DNA from: an uncultured Methanosarcinales archaeon
GTDB taxonomy: Archaea; Nanobdellota; Nanobdellia; Woesearchaeales; ARS49
Direction of reading: 5' to 3'
NCBI GenBank assembly: GCA_964358315.1
Contig: CAYHOF010000004.1
Span: forward strand, 2,431-66,430
DNA length: 64,000 nucleotides
Positions 62,970-64,000 of this stretch are shown here, one piece after another. A model generated the notes under the pieces. That model was not told the DNA's origin. It ran no database searches and was given only the letters and a program-made list of their open reading frames with translations. The position numbers and the translations under genes are program-made. How positions within the stretch are numbered: position 1 is the first letter of the stretch; the number at the start of each line of letters is the position of its first letter.

Positions 62970-63826
62970 TGGCGCTCATCAACTATTTCATCCATCTCGC
63001 AGTGCTCATCGGCATCTATGCGATCTTCACAGTCGGCCTCAACATCGCGGTGGGATTCACCGGCCTGCTGAACCTTGGCCATGTCGGGTTTTTCGGCATC
63101 GGCGCGTACACATCCGCGCTCCTCGCGCTCGCAGGCGTGCCGCTCTGGATCGCGATCCCGGCAGCGGCCATCGTTGCAGGGATCTCAGGACTCGTCCTTG
63201 CGCTGCCCACCGCACGGCTCAAGGGCGACTATCTCGCGCTCGCGGCGCTCGGCTTCACGTTCATCGTCGGCAGCGTGGCACGCAACTGGACGGATCTGAC
63301 GCGGGGACCGCTAGGCTTGCCTGGCATCCCGCGTGTGGTGGCAAGCACGCCATTGTTCCTCGTCATCGTGGTCGTTCTCACCGTCATCATTGCTCTCGCC
63401 GTGCACTACCTGATGAAGACGCGATTTGGCAGGACGTTGCAGGCCATCAGGGACGACGAACTCGCCGCCGCTACATTGGGCTACAACACCTTCCTGCACA
63501 AAGTCATCGCGATGGGGATCTCGGCCTGCATTGCAGGCATTGCTGGCGCGCTCTTCGCGCATTACATCAGTTTCATCGACCCGAGCGTGTTCGGCATCGG
63601 CGACCTCATCCTCGTGCTCTCGATGCTCATCGTGGGTGGACTTGCCAGCATTCCAGGTTCGATAGCAGGCGCTACTATCATCCTGCTCATTCCTGAGCCG
63701 TTGCGCTTCATCGGCTTCCCGTCATCGCTCATCGGCCCGATGCGTGAGATCCTCTTCGCGCTCATCTTGTTGATCATCATCATCTACAGGCCCAAAGGCA
63801 TCCTGGGCAAGGTGGACCTCCAATGA
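62969..63826 (+). CDS. livM: Branched-chain amino-acid ABC transporter permease LivM
   Basis: Starts at MALINYF inside the longer out-of-frame ORF-track entry 62468..63826. 'GLLNLGHVGFFGIGAYTSALLA' LivM motif. 1-nt overlap with livH. Confidence 0.75.
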   Translation: MALINYFIHLAVLIGIYAIFTVGLNIAVGFTGLLNLGHVGFFGIGAYTSALLALAGVPLWIAIPAAAIVAGISGLVLALPTARLKGDYLALAALGFTFIVGSVARNWTDLTRGPLGLPGIPRVVASTPLFLVIVVVLTVIIALAVHYLMKTRFGRTLQAIRDDELAAATLGYNTFLHKVIAMGISACIAGIAGALFAHYISFIDPSVFGIGDLILVLSMLIVGGLASIPGSIAGATIILLIPEPLRFIGFPSSLIGPMREILFALILLIIIIYRPKGILGKVDLQ

Positions 63827-64000
63827 TGCTCCACGTCGACAAGCTGGACAAGCACTTCGGCGGTGTGTACGCAGTGCACAATTGTTCGTTCGAACTCGCC
63901 AAAGGAAAGATCACGAGCGTCATCGGTCCCAATGGCGCTGGCAAGACAACACTCTTCAACATGGTCAGCGGCACGATCGTGCCTGATGGCGGCAGCATCC
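63823..64000 (+). CDS. livG: ABC transporter ATP-binding protein LivG (3'-partial)
   Basis: 'GPNGAGKTT' Walker A. ATGA overlap with livM. Runs off the window. Confidence 0.75.
   Translation, partial: MMLHVDKLDKHFGGVYAVHNCSFELAKGKITSVIGPNGAGKTTLFNMVSGTIVPDGGSI

Noticed and set aside
62468-63826. 452-aa ORF-track entry covering livH and livM
   Set aside because: It is a GTG-initiated read-through in the livM frame across livH. The upstream part is R/G/H-rich. The true livM starts at the ATG at 62969 (MALINYF).
1-64000. CRISPR arrays, rRNA genes, IS elements
   Set aside because: No regularly spaced direct repeats, no rRNA-like conserved stretches, and no transposase-like ORFs were seen anywhere in the window.

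Overview
This 64 kb window reads as a high-GC (~60 %) archaeal chromosome fragment, probably from an uncultivated lineage. The anchor is a complete archaeal 'exosome superoperon' at 44.0–48.3 kb (RNase P Pop5, proteasome alpha, Sdo1/SBDS, Rrp4, Rrp41, Rrp42, RNAP subunit K) with overlapping start/stop codons, plus a Nog1-family GTPase, an Lrp/AsnC regulator, a PHP-domain EndoQ-like nuclease and a tRNA-Lys(CTT). The right end carries a branched-chain amino-acid ABC transporter: three LivK-type lipoprotein binding proteins, LivH, LivM and the start of LivG. Most of the window is accessory-looking. Two adjacent giant genes on the minus strand (2944 aa and 4888 aa) each encode a signal-peptide-bearing multidomain protein. 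Each sits directly downstream of a small DNA-binding protein gene, overlapping it by the ATGA stop/start motif. Giant 1 carries an N-terminal PPP/calcineurin-like metallophosphoesterase domain. Giant 2 carries a C-terminal PEP-synthase/rifampin-phosphotransferase-like ATP-grasp plus swivelling phospho-His module. The two giants share an 'RCGPGAxG' module. They are flanked by a stand-alone PPP-like phosphoesterase paralog, two tandem eukaryotic-like protein kinases and an APH/choline-kinase-fold protein. The window also holds three type II toxin–antitoxin-like pairs (HicAB, UPF0175/PIN-like, RelBE), an lgt gene with at least six lipobox lipoproteins (unusual for an archaeon), a tandem pair of paralogous Cys-patterned membrane proteins, several AT-rich palindrome-bearing promoter islands, and a repeated TTTATAAG/CTATATAA TATA box ~27 nt upstream of start codons, consistent with leaderless transcripts. 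No rRNA, CRISPR array, transposase or integrase was seen.
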